IMG/VR virus record: IMGVR_UViG_3300029928_000006
Coordinates: 26,075-90,074 of that record
DNA from: a virus
Lineage: Duplodnaviria > Caudoviricetes
DNA: 64,000 bases
Reading direction: 5' to 3' (one strand)
The notes beneath the pieces were generated by a model that was not told the origin of the DNA, ran no database searches, and saw only the letters and a program-made list of their open reading frames with translations. Positions within the stretch are counted from its first letter, which is position 1; each line of letters opens with the position of its first letter. Of this stretch, positions 28,501 to 41,007 are shown one piece after another. A program made the translations under genes and the position numbers.

Positions 28501-28920
28501 TCTATGTTAATATCTGCAGCTAATAAAGATATTGTAAATATCATGACTCCTGGTAGTTCGTTCATTTAGAGATCAGTTTTTGCGATTGAAGAAAAATCTG
28601 GGGAAGGATCTATATAGGGCCAAGATGTCTATAATGGCAAAAGATTGCAAATGATTAATAAAGAAGGATCTATGGATGCTGTAATATCTATTGATTACTT
28701 CCAAGATGTTTTGCCAAAGAACTTATCATTTAATGAAGCTAGACAATGGCTTATAGATCATAACATAATAGGCGAAAATGCCACATCTAATACGATTGGT
28801 TATCGTATTCCTACACAGGCTCAATCATCTATACATGCTTTACGTTTTGTAGATGTTGTACCTGCTGTTAAATCTACAGTAATACTCCCAACGGAATTTA
28901 CTAAGATAACTGGTTCGGAT
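16546..28920 (+). CDS. Giant virion RNA polymerase polyprotein, exon 1 (4125 codons, TAG=Gln)
   Basis: All large track ORFs from 17014 to 28645 are in one frame; checked gaps contain only TAG. Motifs include LRRQLNTDP, GTQMIK and GSSFIQRS (each with TAG at Q), GYRIPTQAQSS and KITGSD. Also HEAFH at 24283-24297. Confidence 0.85.
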
Positions 28921-29832
28921 AAACTATATCAATGTTCGAACCAGTATAATATAAAAAATCGTGTTAATTGCTGGGAACTCCATATCAAATGGACAATCAG
29001 CAGCCAAGCCCTTTAAGGGAAGGTTCAACGACTAATTAAAGATAAAAATTTCCTAAATGGATAATAACGAATATGAAAACAAAATTTAATAAAGAATCAA
29101 GAAGCCTTATGATAGGCGCATTATTGGGTGATGGCTCAATAAGTAATAATAATGTATACAAAATTGCTCACTGTGAAGCTCAAAGAGATTACCTTGAGTG
29201 GAAAATAAAGCAATTTAATAATAGAGGTATAAGAAATACGGGAATTAAAAGTTATATAAAGACTTGTGGGTATAATTCTGGAGTTCCTGTATATTACACG
29301 AAGTTATACATGACGCCTTTTACGAAAGTTTTAAGAAGGGTATTCTATAAACCAAAAAAGATTCTTGGAAATAGAAAGCTTCTCAATAGATTAGATGCAT
29401 TAGGTATTGCAATTTGGTACATGGATGATGGACATATTAATATAAGAAAATCTAAAGAAGGAAAAATTCACGGGTTTTATATTAAAATTGCCATATGCTA
29501 GCCAAAATAGGAAGTATAGGTTATTATTGATTACTTTAAAGAAGTTTGGAATGTATAGTTTTATATGTTTCACGAAGGCAGAAAAGAAGATAGCTTTTCT
29601 TTATGCTGCGGAACGAAAGAAGGATTAAAATTTATAGATATTGTAAAACCGTACGTTCAACAAGTACCTTCTATGGTACATAAAATTCAATTCGATTTAA
29701 GCCAACGAACAAGAAGTTTATATGATAAGAAAAGTTGGAGTAGTGAGAAAAGAAAATCTCACGAAATGCACGACACTAAAAATGGTGAAGATATAGTCTG
29801 ATCTCATTGGTAACAATGAGTTAACAAAAATG
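28921..29832 (+). mobile_element. Group I self-splicing intron (912 nt) in the RNAP catalytic motif
   Basis: The 5' exon ends in U and the intron ends in G. P1 is TTCGGAT/GTTCGAA with a U.G pair; P10 is CTATATCAA/TTGATATAG. Core elements: AATTGCTGGGAA, AATCAGCAG, GTTCAACGACTA, AAGATATAGTCT. Splicing restores GSD|FDIDHLY in frame. Confidence 0.93.
29073..29801 (+). CDS. Intron-encoded LAGLIDADG-type homing endonuclease, 242 aa with 4 TAG=Gln codons
   Basis: LMIGALLGDGSI and GIAIWYMDDG motifs. Track ORFs 29073 and 29565 join via TAGs. Confidence 0.85.
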
Positions 29833-32800
29833 TTTGATATAGACCACCTTTATTTATCTAGATATAATATTAATAAGGATGGTGGTTATAAGTTTGATCA
29901 AGAAAGCGAGTAGGGATTACAAAACAGTATTATTGAAAGTATCCTTACAGTATTGAAGGATGATAAATCCTATAATATTCTTTACAAGTCTATTGATAAT
30001 GATACCGCTCTTGTAAAGAATATAGCAGATGAAATACCAGATGCCGGTAACACCAAGAGTGTAGCGTATAACTTTGGTACACTACATGAACAGACTACAC
30101 GTAAGAATGACTATATTACTGGTAAGTTAGGTATTGGTCCATTCGCTTTAAATGTGACAAATCATATCCTTACTACGTTATATGGAGTTAAGTTCAGAGA
30201 GTCAAACTTTACAAGATTAACTGGAATTACAGGATTTAGTAGAATACTTGATGAAGAAGATAATCAGATTTCATCTTGGTTATCCGCATTCATTAATGCT
30301 CACGTAGATATTGTAAAAGATCCATACATATCAAAGTTAAATGTCAATAGCTTTACGTATAACATGATTAACTTACTTGTAAGGAATGGAAAATGTAAAG
30401 CTGGATTGTACTTCTTATGTCAACCTATCATTAGGGAGATGGCTAAAGCTGACATAGATTCTAAATCTCAGTTTACAAGAGACCCTAAAGTATTTAAGTC
30501 AGCCTTTGAGATGAGAGACGAAAAGCTTAAAGAGATATTTCCTGATATTACAGGTGGTCCAATAGACTCTAGATATATTAATGATATACTTAACGTTGAA
30601 GGTAAGGAAGGTGTCATTAAGAGAGCAAATATCGTTAATAAGGTTTTAGATAATATTGATATGCTGCAAAATATAGCTAGAAATCCAGGTTTGATAGTAA
30701 CGGATCAAGATGCTAAGGCATTCTAGGTTGATTGCTATATTGCGTGGAAAGCTTTAGAGCCTTACTCTAATACTTTAAATAGCCTTGTTCAATATACTAA
30801 AATTGATACTCGTAAGCAAGGTAAGAATTTCATTGAAATGATGGCTTACTTACGTGGGTATGAGAACTTAACAGAGGCATCAGATAACGAGTCTCTGTTT
30901 GATATGAGCACTATTATACGCTTTGTAAACAATACATGGATTGAGCAAAAGACAAGAGCTGCTATTAATATTCCTATAGATGTTATGTCAGGATAGTCTT
31001 TCTAGGGAACTACTGAATTTATGAATGCGGTATAGCAATTAGCTGATACATTTAGTAATAGGATACATGGAGCTAAGCATAATCTAATGCGCAATACTAA
31101 AGTATTAAAGAAGATTTCTCAAGCTGCTAGTACAGAAATTAAAGTTAAATACTTTACATAGCTTGCGTAGAAGTTAAATATAGATCTAAGAGGACTATTT
31201 GAAGGTAATAGGACAATCTACGATAGAATCAACGCCTTGAAGGATTGTATATCAAGGAACGCATATAATTTAGAAAGGCTTAAAGATAACTATTTGCTGC
31301 AACATCTTATGCCTTATCTACAAGACTAGGACGTATTTATTAATGGTAGAATGGTACAGAAGCCTAAGTTTATATAGGTTCTTAATAGTATTAGCGAAAG
31401 CAAAATGTCTTCCGATATGATGATAGAGTCTTGGGAGGAACTATTAAATGATCAGTCCCCTGCCGTTAGAAGTCTTGCAAATGACCTATGTTTCTATGCA
31501 ATACTTACATCCGGTGATACTAAAGGATTTAACAAACTTGCTAAATATATTCCAATGAGCTGGTTAATGGCTAGACATGAGGAAACAACAGAACCATTTA
31601 CTGATTATATACAGCAGGCTTTACAAAATATTGATGTAAACGAAGATCTCATAGCGGAAAATAACTTTATGGATGCAGACTTTATTAGTAGAGATACGTA
31701 TGATAATTATATGTATGCTCTCAATGGTAATTTCGCTCCTTCTGTAGTTATATCCAAAGAGGAAAATGAGAATATCGCCAATTATGTATCAATTAGGAAT
31801 AAAGGTTCTAAATACAATGATTCTACAGCATATAATCTATATAAACTTGCCGGATTCGTAAATTATAATACGGAGAAACGTGCTGTATATGTAATGTTGC
31901 CAAAGAGAGGATGGCATGAAAAGAATGGATTGGATATATATGAGTACGGAGATCTTAATTTTAGCGTGAATGGTATACCTATGTCACAGCAGATTATTGA
32001 TAAGTAGATTAGTAAGATCGGAGATTATCTTGATAAGTATAACCCAACGATAAGTCCAAATAATATTAACAATTGGGGGATGTGGTTTAATATGGTGTAT
32101 TTTGATACAGCTTCTGACTAGATCGTTCCAAATGCTACGCAATCTCAACAATAGGTGAAAACTATAAGTGATGAAGGAGAATCTCCAACAGGTCAAAAGG
32201 TGTATATAAGTAGACAATTGTATTACAAGGGTCAGCCATAGAAACATCCCAATGTACAATACATGTACTCAGAAAACGTATAGGCTTATACTATAGCTCA
32301 TAACCTAGATAATGCTCAGACTAGGAATACTCGTGTAACTATTAATGTTTCTGCCGGATCTAATGGTACAAATCAAGCTTGTATAAGAACAGATCAAAGT
32401 GGTAATGTTTCGAAAAATGCTATAGGTCTTATAGTAAAGAAAGCCCAATAGGATACCACCGGTCAATGGCTTGCACAACAGGGGTATTTCTAGAATACTA
32501 AACAGGATATAGATTTATTTAAGCAATGGAATGAGTATATATTCAGCACAGTTGATAAATCTAAACCTATCGTATTCCCATCTTCTACAGCATTAGAGGA
32601 AGCAGCTTTACCTAAAGAGGCTGCTCAATGGCTTAGTGACCAATTACTATAGAGGTTCAACATAATTTCTACTGTAGATGAAAATAATAGATCTTCATAT
32701 AATGGTTATGGAATAAAAATAGTTGGAGTTACAGATACCAATACAGCTAAAGCTGAGCTAAAGAAGAGACAGCAAGAACAGAATTTACAGCAGCTTAACC

Positions 32801-32862
32801 TATCTAAAGAAGATATGGATGATGCTAAACGAATAACAGATCACTGCAAAGGAGGTAAATGA
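29833..32862 (+). CDS. Giant virion RNA polymerase polyprotein, exon 2 (1009 aa, TAG=Gln)
   Basis: Starts FDIDHLYLSRY, includes track ORFs 29953 and 31405, and ends at TGA overlapping the next ATG. Confidence 0.85.
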
Positions 32863-35800
32863 TGAAAGAAATATGTCCTAACTTACATAATAAACAAGTA
32901 GCCAAAGAATTTGGGGAACTTGTCAATCTCTTTGGGGAAGAGACTGCTCATTTACTCTGGAGCAGAAACAACGGATATAGTATAGATAAGGCGCCAAATG
33001 GCGCCGACTCTATATTATTTGGAGAGCTTTTAAATGTAACTGATGGCAATAGATCGTAGGCTCTTATATTAAAAGCTAAAGCGTATTCAAATGAATTCTT
33101 TAACCGGTTTGGAGACTGGACGTCTGATGATAAAACAAACGTGTCCAAGGATGTTGATAAGAATGGAGAGCCTAAATTTAATAACGGGGAGTTTACTAAT
33201 CCAAATAATATATACGAGTCTCCACAAGGAGGAATAAATATGGGGGCGGTCAATAGACTGTCGAATATTCCACAGAAGGGAGATATAAGCGTACTACAGC
33301 AATATCTTAAATCCCATAAAAAAGGTGTAGCTAGTACTGCTTTAAAGCTTGTTATTGCCGCTGTAAATAGATATCTGAATGATAATAACACCGGCATTAA
33401 ATATGAGGTTGTGGGCAATTTAGATGACGGTGAAGCCGCTCATTATGACAGGTCTACAAACACTATACGTATAAACAAGAATGCCGCCTTTAGGAATGAG
33501 GGTAAGTCTGTATACCCAGAAATGTAGACTATAACACACGAGCTGTTACATGCGATTACAGCTCACGCTATAGAGACGAATTCTAGGGTAAGAGATTAGT
33601 TCTAGAAGCTTCTTGACAAGACTAAAGAAAAGCTTGGTAGTAACTCACAGTATTATGGGTTATCTGATGTATATGAGTTTGTTGCAGAGCTAAGTAATGC
33701 ATAGTTCGTGGAAGCCTTAAAGTCTATACAGCTTACAAGGAAAGAAACTTTACTTGATAGAATCAAGGGTATTCTTAAGAAGATATATAGATAGATATTT
33801 ACGTCGTATAAAGATTTTATAGGTTCAGACACTGTATATAGTGCTGCTGTAGAAGATTTATTCGCAGTAATGTCAAATAATATAAAGAAGGACGAGAACT
33901 CTGTTGACGCTAATAGAAAGACAGTATATAAGTCTATATCTGCCTCTCAAGATAAAGTAGATTAGATCAACAAACAGATAACTAATCTATATCAACAGCT
34001 TTATAAGAATTATAAGAAACAAGCTAATAAAGGTGCAAATAGATAGAAGCGAGAAGACTCTTTGTGGTCTACTATTAAAGACTTGCAATCCAAAGATAAG
34101 AAAGAAGCATCGTCTATTGCTATCGCTTAGGCGTTTGAATAGATCGGAGTATATAATCTAGATCCTTCAATTGGTGTAATACCTGCTAAAAGAACCACAG
34201 TATTAGGCTTTTTGTAGGAACAAGCTGTTACGAATTTTGACAATATCACTGCCGAACAAATATTCGACATGAAGTCAAATATTATTGATTTCTACAACGA
34301 CCTATGCAAATATCTTTTTGATGACAAGGATAGTTTGGATGTACAAGATCAATTAAATGTTGATAAGCTTAGTTCTACCGTACACGAAATAAATAGATTA
34401 TGGAGACAAGCTGCAAGAGTTGTTGGCGACAAGATAGTTGACGAGAACGTTGATAAGTATATTAACACGAGTCAGCAAGAAGCTGATGAAATAAAAGCTG
34501 TTGCAAAAGACTGGCTTCATAATAATGATATGTGGGGAGACGAGGGTCACTTTACTCTATTCTTTAACTTTAGTAGACAGAATAGTCCTATTATAAAATA
34601 GGCGTTCTAGATGATACAAGACGCTCAACAAGAAGCTAGAAAACTATCACTTCCTACTTAGCAAAAAATCCTATCGTCTTATAAAAAAGCTTCGTCTTTA
34701 ATAGACAAAGCCTCTTTAGGCAACTGGCAAACCGAGTTTATGGAGAAAGACAGAAATGGTAATTTCACCGGTCTGTTTAGATCAGCGGTCAATAGAGGCT
34801 AGTTTAAAAAAGACCTAGAGGAATTTAAACAGTAGCTTGATGAAAAATGGGAGAATAAGTATGGGTATACGTATATCACTGACCAAATAACTGGAGAAAC
34901 ATTACGAAGCGATACTATGTCATCCATTGAAAACGAAACGTGGAATCAAGGTAATCCTCCACCATACGTTTAGTACTAGTTGGAAGTTGAAAATTGGCTA
35001 TGCGATCACGCCCATAGAAGATACTCTAAATATTATTACACCGAAAGGCTAAGCGAGCCATTTGATGTAAAAACGGGTAAAGGCCACGGGTTGTCGCCTA
35101 GAACATTATCTAGATAGAAGTATATACAGGATTAGATTAACTATATATTACAAAAATGCACCGATAAAGAGACTGGTTTAGTTTACCCAGAAAATCTATC
35201 ACAGCAAAACTACAATAAATTGCAAATGTGGAAGGATACTTTACAAGATTTAAGTAACCCTTTCGACAAAGAAGGAAATAGAAAGACTGGAGAAGAACTG
35301 CAAACAGCTCTTGAGATACAAGCCTGGAATAACTGGGTAGCTGGATAGACTGAATATAAAGCTAACTTTTTAGCTTACGATTAGGAATATCAAGAGATAG
35401 TAGATGCTATAAAAAGAGGAGAAAAAACATATAGTGATCTGTATAGGTTTATCGACGCTAATTCAGAATGGGGTATTAACCCTTAGTTTTTGGAGTACGT
35501 ATTTGGGAATAACAGAAGTATGAAAGACTATGTTACTAGAATGTTTTAGAATTCCATAAAGCGTCTTGTAAAAACTAAAAATGGGTACCAAAAAGATTTT
35601 AGCGATGTAATATTTAATTACAACCCAGATGGTTCTGTATGGATACCAGATATATGGGGGTATTCTAGATTAGCTGATATAAAAAATAACCAACAAGCTT
35701 CATCGTGTGGAATAGATCCAGATGATTTTAGAAAAAACTTCGATGTAAAAGAAGTTCCATATACAGATCCAGCTGGTATGTATTTATCTAAAGATGGCGT

Positions 35801-38531
35801 TACTAAATTCGACCCAAGAAATAATCCAACTGGTTTACAGCCAATGACGTGGTTTGATTACATTCTTAATCAGTATACTGATGCTGTCATGAATGGGAAA
35901 ATGGATAGGTTTGTTTCTATAGATGGGTCAGTTGGTATAGACTTTTCTACATTAAATGGTGATCGCGACAAGATACAAGATTGGATAGCTACGAATATCT
36001 TAATGTATGAAAAGACATGGGTTGACAAGAAAACTGGAATGATGAATTCTAAGTTTGTCCCACTGTCAATTTTTAATCAACTAATACCTAAAATAGCTAC
36101 GTTCGGGCCTAATAATGAGCCTACTTCTAGATTTGTACCAAAAGGAAGATTTGTTACAAAGAGTGGCAAGTCTAATAACAATATATTTGACTTAGAGTTC
36201 AGTGAGAAAGATAGAAGTGGAATACAGCCAGATTACGGTATATATGGAGATGATGAGTTCGTACATATGATACAGTAGGGTGGACCAAAAGCAGAATATT
36301 ATAAGCTCCTTCTTGACACTATGGAACAACAGTGGGATAAGTTAGGCTTAGATCCGTCTTATAATAGATACAAGCTGCCTTAGATAGAAGGAACTGGCTC
36401 TATGAAAGCTAGTAGAGCAGCAAAGAGACCAATTGACTATACTAAAAATGCCATACAAAATGCATATAAAGCAACGTCTGACGACTTAGATATGCGTGGA
36501 AACGATGACTATGTATTACGTAATGGTAGATGGGTTTTACAAACTGCTCCAACTAGATTCATAAACGAAATGGACGATCCTTCTATGATAAGCTCTGATT
36601 TAGCTTATACTGTCGGGATGTTTGTTTAGATGACAAACAATTATTTATGTAAGCAGAAAATACAAGCCAAACTTGAAACTCTTTAGTATAACTTAGACTC
36701 TGAGAATAGAGACGTAGCTCATCAATCTACTGGTGAAATACAGTATGAACGTTATCAAAAAATGATGAAGTCTTTGTTCTATGAACAACGTGAAACAAAT
36801 GAGAAAGTAGGCATGAAGCCCAACAAATATCAAATTGCTGGAGCTAAAGCTGCTAGAATGGCTAGATCTAGTACGGCTATGTTATTGCTTGGATATAACT
36901 TACCATCTATGCTTTAGGGTGTATGGGATTCAATCACACAATTCCCATCATAGGCTGCGAGAAGTGACCAATATGGGTTTAAATAGCTAGGTTATAGTAT
37001 GTTACATACGTTCCCAAATTTATTCTACGCTTTAGCAAATGTAGGTAATCCTATACCTAATTGTAAAGCTGTAGCAATGATGTAGAAGGACGGGCTTGTA
37101 AAAACAGCAGACGAATCATTTAAAGGTTCGTATAGAAGTAGAATCAGAAGAGCTCTTATGTAGACTGCTACAGGTGGTTATACTATGGGAGATTATATGA
37201 CAAATATGCTTGGTTAGAGATGTGCATACGAAGCTAAAAAGTATTATCCAGGCAATCCTTATATAGAGAAAGGTTTTTATACGAAAGCTGAGTTCGATAG
37301 GCTTTTGTCTGACAGTGGTCTTGATTAGAAACAGATAAATAAAGACTGGAATGATAATCATGGTGAATCTTTATGGGATGCGTATTATTTTGAGAATGGT
37401 ATAGTAAAGCTTAAAGATGAATACAAAGACGTAAAAATTCAAGATAGCAAATTGTCTGGCGCCATACAGTAGACTATGTCTTTATTAAACGGTACATCTA
37501 CGAAGAACGATCAATCCGCTGTAAGTGAAAACATAATCCATAAGTTCTTCTTCTTAATGCGTAGTTATTTTATTAGGTGGTCAGAGCATTGGTTTGCAGG
37601 GTATAAACCAGATAATATAGCTAGGTAGTTTGAAGATAAAACGGAAATAAGCCATAGAGGAAGTTCATCAATTAGGGTAACTAAAAGGAGGAAAATCCCC
37701 CTTACTCAAGAACAAAAGTCTAGAAGATAGGCTTACGATTATAGTACAGGTGAAGCTAATCCTGCTGTTCTTATGAGCTTATTACGTGGGGCTGTAAGTT
37801 AGCTTGCTATATTTAATCAAGTAATGTTCCATTGGCAGTAGAGGAAAGCTGATCCTAGAACAATCAATAAGAATGAAGCTAAAGCACTTAGAGAGTTTGT
37901 AACATGGGGATTATGCCTTTCTTTATTAACACTTGGGTGGACAATGTTCCATAGATAGGTACAAGATGACACCGACAAATTGAAACCAGATAGCTATGAA
38001 GAGTCTGTTCCATCTTTTGATAATTTTACCAAACAAAAAGTATATCTAAAGATGATCGATCAAGTATGGTTTAGAATGATCGACTCAAAAACTTAGCAGT
38101 TTAACCCATTTATGGTTATTTCTATGGTCAAGACAGCTACAACTACAACATCTGCTGTAGAAAAATATGGTAGTATATTTACAGCTGCTCTTGATGTAAC
38201 CGGCGTTAGTGGACACGATCTTGATGAGACAATAACATCAGATTCGAAATATAAATACTTTCCAAGATGGTAGAGAGCCTTATGGACTGCCACTCCATTA
38301 AACAACATACAGACATGGAGTTCTTGGAGAGGCAACGATAAGGTTGGCAGATGGTATTTCGACAATACTCTCACCGGTACAATGTTTAAAGGTGTTGGAT
38401 ACGATTGGAAAGAAACTGTAGGAAATAATAACAGCGATATAGAAGGTCGTACTGACATTGATGAAAGAGCTGATACTGGAGAAAGGGCTGATAACGACGA
38501 AAGAGCCGACGCAAACGAACGCGCTGAATAA
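32859..38531 (+). CDS. Large virion cargo protein with zincin-like domain, 1890 aa with TAG=Gln
   Basis: Five track ORFs share one frame. HELLH at 33537-33551 is followed by YGLSDVYEFVAE. Acidic ERAD-type repeats at the C-terminus. Confidence 0.8.
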
Positions 38532-38576
38532 ATTTAAAAATAAACGCGTACTAATATCATTTCGCATTTATAAATC

Positions 38577-38622
38577 AAAAAAATAGGGGAGCAATACCGA
38601 TTGGTACTGTTCCCCTTTGTTG
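38577..38622. terminator. Bidirectional terminator between the convergent arms
   Basis: A-tract, then aggggagcaatacc-gatt-ggtactgttcccct, then a T-rich tail. Confidence 0.8.
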
Positions 38623-39087
38623 TTATATAAGTTTTTCTAAAAATAATGGAGCCTCGTCTGCTAACGGCATAGCGTAATCCGTTTCTACAGACAAGGTGCT
38701 GTTACTCAGCAATAACCTTCCAATATCAGATGTTAAACCCCAAAACTGCAAAATTCGGGCTCTTTCATCAAACGTTGGGGAGATTACTCCATTTTTCATT
38801 TTATATATTGATGGAGTCATGCCAAACTTATATACCATGTATGGTATATTATTACATCGTTTAGTATAGACTCCTTTTAAGCTAGCTGATTTAGTAAAAC
38901 GTCGTGCCCTATCTATAGATAAGGCATTTCGTACATCGTTATTAACAACGAAGTAGATACTACGATAATCTCCTGGCCTGTCAGGATCTTCCGTATAGAC
39001 GTCTATAAACCCTGACTCGGCAGAGAAATCATCTAGTTTTAAGTTCTTTTCTATCAAAGGCATTACTACCTTTGCAAATTTACTCAT
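38623..39087 (-). CDS. Hypothetical protein, 154 aa
   Basis: ATG to TAA, overlapping the stop of the upstream gene. Confidence 0.65.
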   Translation of the reverse strand: MSKFAKVVMPLIEKNLKLDDFSAESGFIDVYTEDPDRPGDYRSIYFVVNNDVRNALSIDRARRFTKSASLKGVYTKRCNNIPYMVYKFGMTPSIYKMKNGVISPTFDERARILQFWGLTSDIGRLLLSNSTLSVETDYAMPLADEAPLFLEKLI

Positions 39088-40112
39088 AGGTTTAAAGTTT
39101 CGCTTCCATCGCCTTCATAATATTTACGACTATGGTCCCAATTATCTGTACCTATATGCCATAATATATCACTCATCGCGTCATTTATAGCTTCCGCTCT
39201 ATCGTAAACTTGGTGAGTTTGTATCTTAAACACCCTTACCTCGTTTTTACCAGTAGTATCAATAGCTATAATGTAGTACTCAAATTCCCAATCATTTAAA
39301 TCAATGTTTTGTCCTTCTAAGTACATTTCGACAGCTTCTTGGTAAAAGCATAGTTGCCTACAGTAATCAAATTCGTTCATACTGTCTTCAAAATGCCAAA
39401 GTTTAGCTGTAGTTTTTATATCCATTATAGTACATACTTTTTCATCCCAATCAAATGTACAGCTATCCAATAAGGATTTACAAGCTATCGGAGTAAGTGC
39501 ATTATGATTTAAGGTGTCTGCTACACTATATTCCCAGTTTATCTGGAACTCATGATAGATATGTATATTACCATAATCTCCAGCTTTACGTAACAATTGA
39601 TCAGCTAACTTATGCTCTTCAACATTATGCTGAATTGCAAGAAGTTGGTCTAAATCGTATTGGGATATAAGAGTCTTTTTAGACTTTGTAGCTTCGATAT
39701 AATCATTGTACTCTACGCTTATTTTAAGTGCTTCTGAGAGGATTTTATCTTCGCTCTTACCAATTATACTATAAGACTTACGATAAGCGTCTGAGAGCCG
39801 TTTATTTGGCTCTATTTCGATGGAATTAATTAAGTTTTCGCAGAATTTTTGAGCTTGTGTGCTCTTTGGCTTATTTCCATTAAACAATACGTAATCATCC
39901 CAGAATTGTTCTGGTTGAAGTAAGAACTCATGTATCATAGTTCCCTTACGTAATTGTGGAAGATCTAAACCCTTTTCTTTACCGTCTAACATCCTACGAA
40001 GATAGGATGGTCCTTTGTTTAAGAACCAACCTATTGCACTATTACTAATGCGAGTGTTATCTTCATAGTATGGAATTTCATATGATGGTATTTTGTACTC
40101 TGGGTAATTCAT
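39084..40112 (-). CDS. PD-(D/E)xK exonuclease (RecE/exonuclease VIII-like)
   Basis: RISNSAI...GTMIHEFLL...CKSLLD...IMDIKTT...YCRQLCFY. Confidence 0.8.
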   Translation of the reverse strand: MNYPEYKIPSYEIPYYEDNTRISNSAIGWFLNKGPSYLRRMLDGKEKGLDLPQLRKGTMIHEFLLQPEQFWDDYVLFNGNKPKSTQAQKFCENLINSIEIEPNKRLSDAYRKSYSIIGKSEDKILSEALKISVEYNDYIEATKSKKTLISQYDLDQLLAIQHNVEEHKLADQLLRKAGDYGNIHIYHEFQINWEYSVADTLNHNALTPIACKSLLDSCTFDWDEKVCTIMDIKTTAKLWHFEDSMNEFDYCRQLCFYQEAVEMYLEGQNIDLNDWEFEYYIIAIDTTGKNEVRVFKIQTHQVYDRAEAINDAMSDILWHIGTDNWDHSRKYYEGDGSETLNL

Positions 40113-40987
40113 TAGTCACTACACTTACAATAAGTACATTCGTCATCATTCTTTGGCTTCAGGTTATTCTTAATAGGACGAGTTTGAGGTTTTATAGAAC
40201 CACCCTTTGGAGTAAGGTTCATGTCCTCAAATAATTCTTCAAACGTAACGTTTGGATAATCATTAGCTTCCTTTATGAAAGCTACAATATTATCAAAGCT
40301 ACATAATTCAAAATTGTCCTTAATAAAATCCGTCAGATATTTTACCTCATTCTTGTTATTAAGACGATCTTCAAGAACTTCCATAATCAATGATGGAGAC
40401 ATTTCCTCAAATTCACGCCAATAACGAATACGGGAACAACGATCAATTAGATATTCTGATATTGCATCCATATTATTACAAGTAAACAAGATCATATGTT
40501 TACCTTTTGTGTCTGCTCCATCAAGAATCTGCAACAAAGCAGAATCATCATAATCGTCAAGGATTTTATCTAATTCGTCAAACAAGAAGCATACGCTTGT
40601 ATTACCGAGTCTCTCTACAATAGACTTAAGTACCCAAGGGCGAATATACTTATCAATGTTAATAATTGGCAGCTTGCTTTTATTAGCTATGACTTTCATC
40701 ATAACTGTTTTACCAGAACCTTTAATTCCGGAAAGCATTACACCAGTAAATCCATTTTCTGACAAGTTATAACTATTAATAACTTTGTCTATAAAATGGG
40801 CGTCACGATCAGTACAATATACTTTAGAAGGTAAAGAAAGTGGAGCAGTTTCCTCAAGTGTAATTTGATCATTATAACGATCTACTTTAATATTATAAAC
40901 CATTCCTGGAGTTAAATTACACTCTAATCCTTTTGTGCTAAACTTAAAACTTAAACTGTTACCTACTTTCAAAAAGTTTTTTTCCAT
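40112..40987 (-). CDS. AAA+ ATPase
   Basis: Walker A GIKGSGKT and Walker B LFDELDK. Likely start is MEKNF at 40987. Confidence 0.85.
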   Translation of the reverse strand: MEKNFLKVGNSLSFKFSTKGLECNLTPGMVYNIKVDRYNDQITLEETAPLSLPSKVYCTDRDAHFIDKVINSYNLSENGFTGVMLSGIKGSGKTVMMKVIANKSKLPIINIDKYIRPWVLKSIVERLGNTSVCFLFDELDKILDDYDDSALLQILDGADTKGKHMILFTCNNMDAISEYLIDRCSRIRYWREFEEMSPSLIMEVLEDRLNNKNEVKYLTDFIKDNFELCSFDNIVAFIKEANDYPNVTFEELFEDMNLTPKGGSIKPQTRPIKNNLKPKNDDECTYCKCSD

Positions 40988-41007
40988 ATTTACTGATATT
41001 AAAATAC

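Noticed and set aside
28921-29016. In-frame continuation GSD-KLYQ... as the true RNAP sequence
   Set aside because: It stops after 31 codons and lacks FDID. The start of the intron is explained by P1/P10 pairing.
17014-32007. Treating the many track ORFs here as separate genes
   Set aside because: They share one frame, are separated only by TAG in the gaps checked, and conserved motifs run through the TAGs.
174-38567. Minus-strand ORFs in the left arm (e.g. 174..491, 7150..7584, 32948..33418)
   Set aside because: Antisense shadows of long recoded plus-strand genes, with no recognisable motifs.
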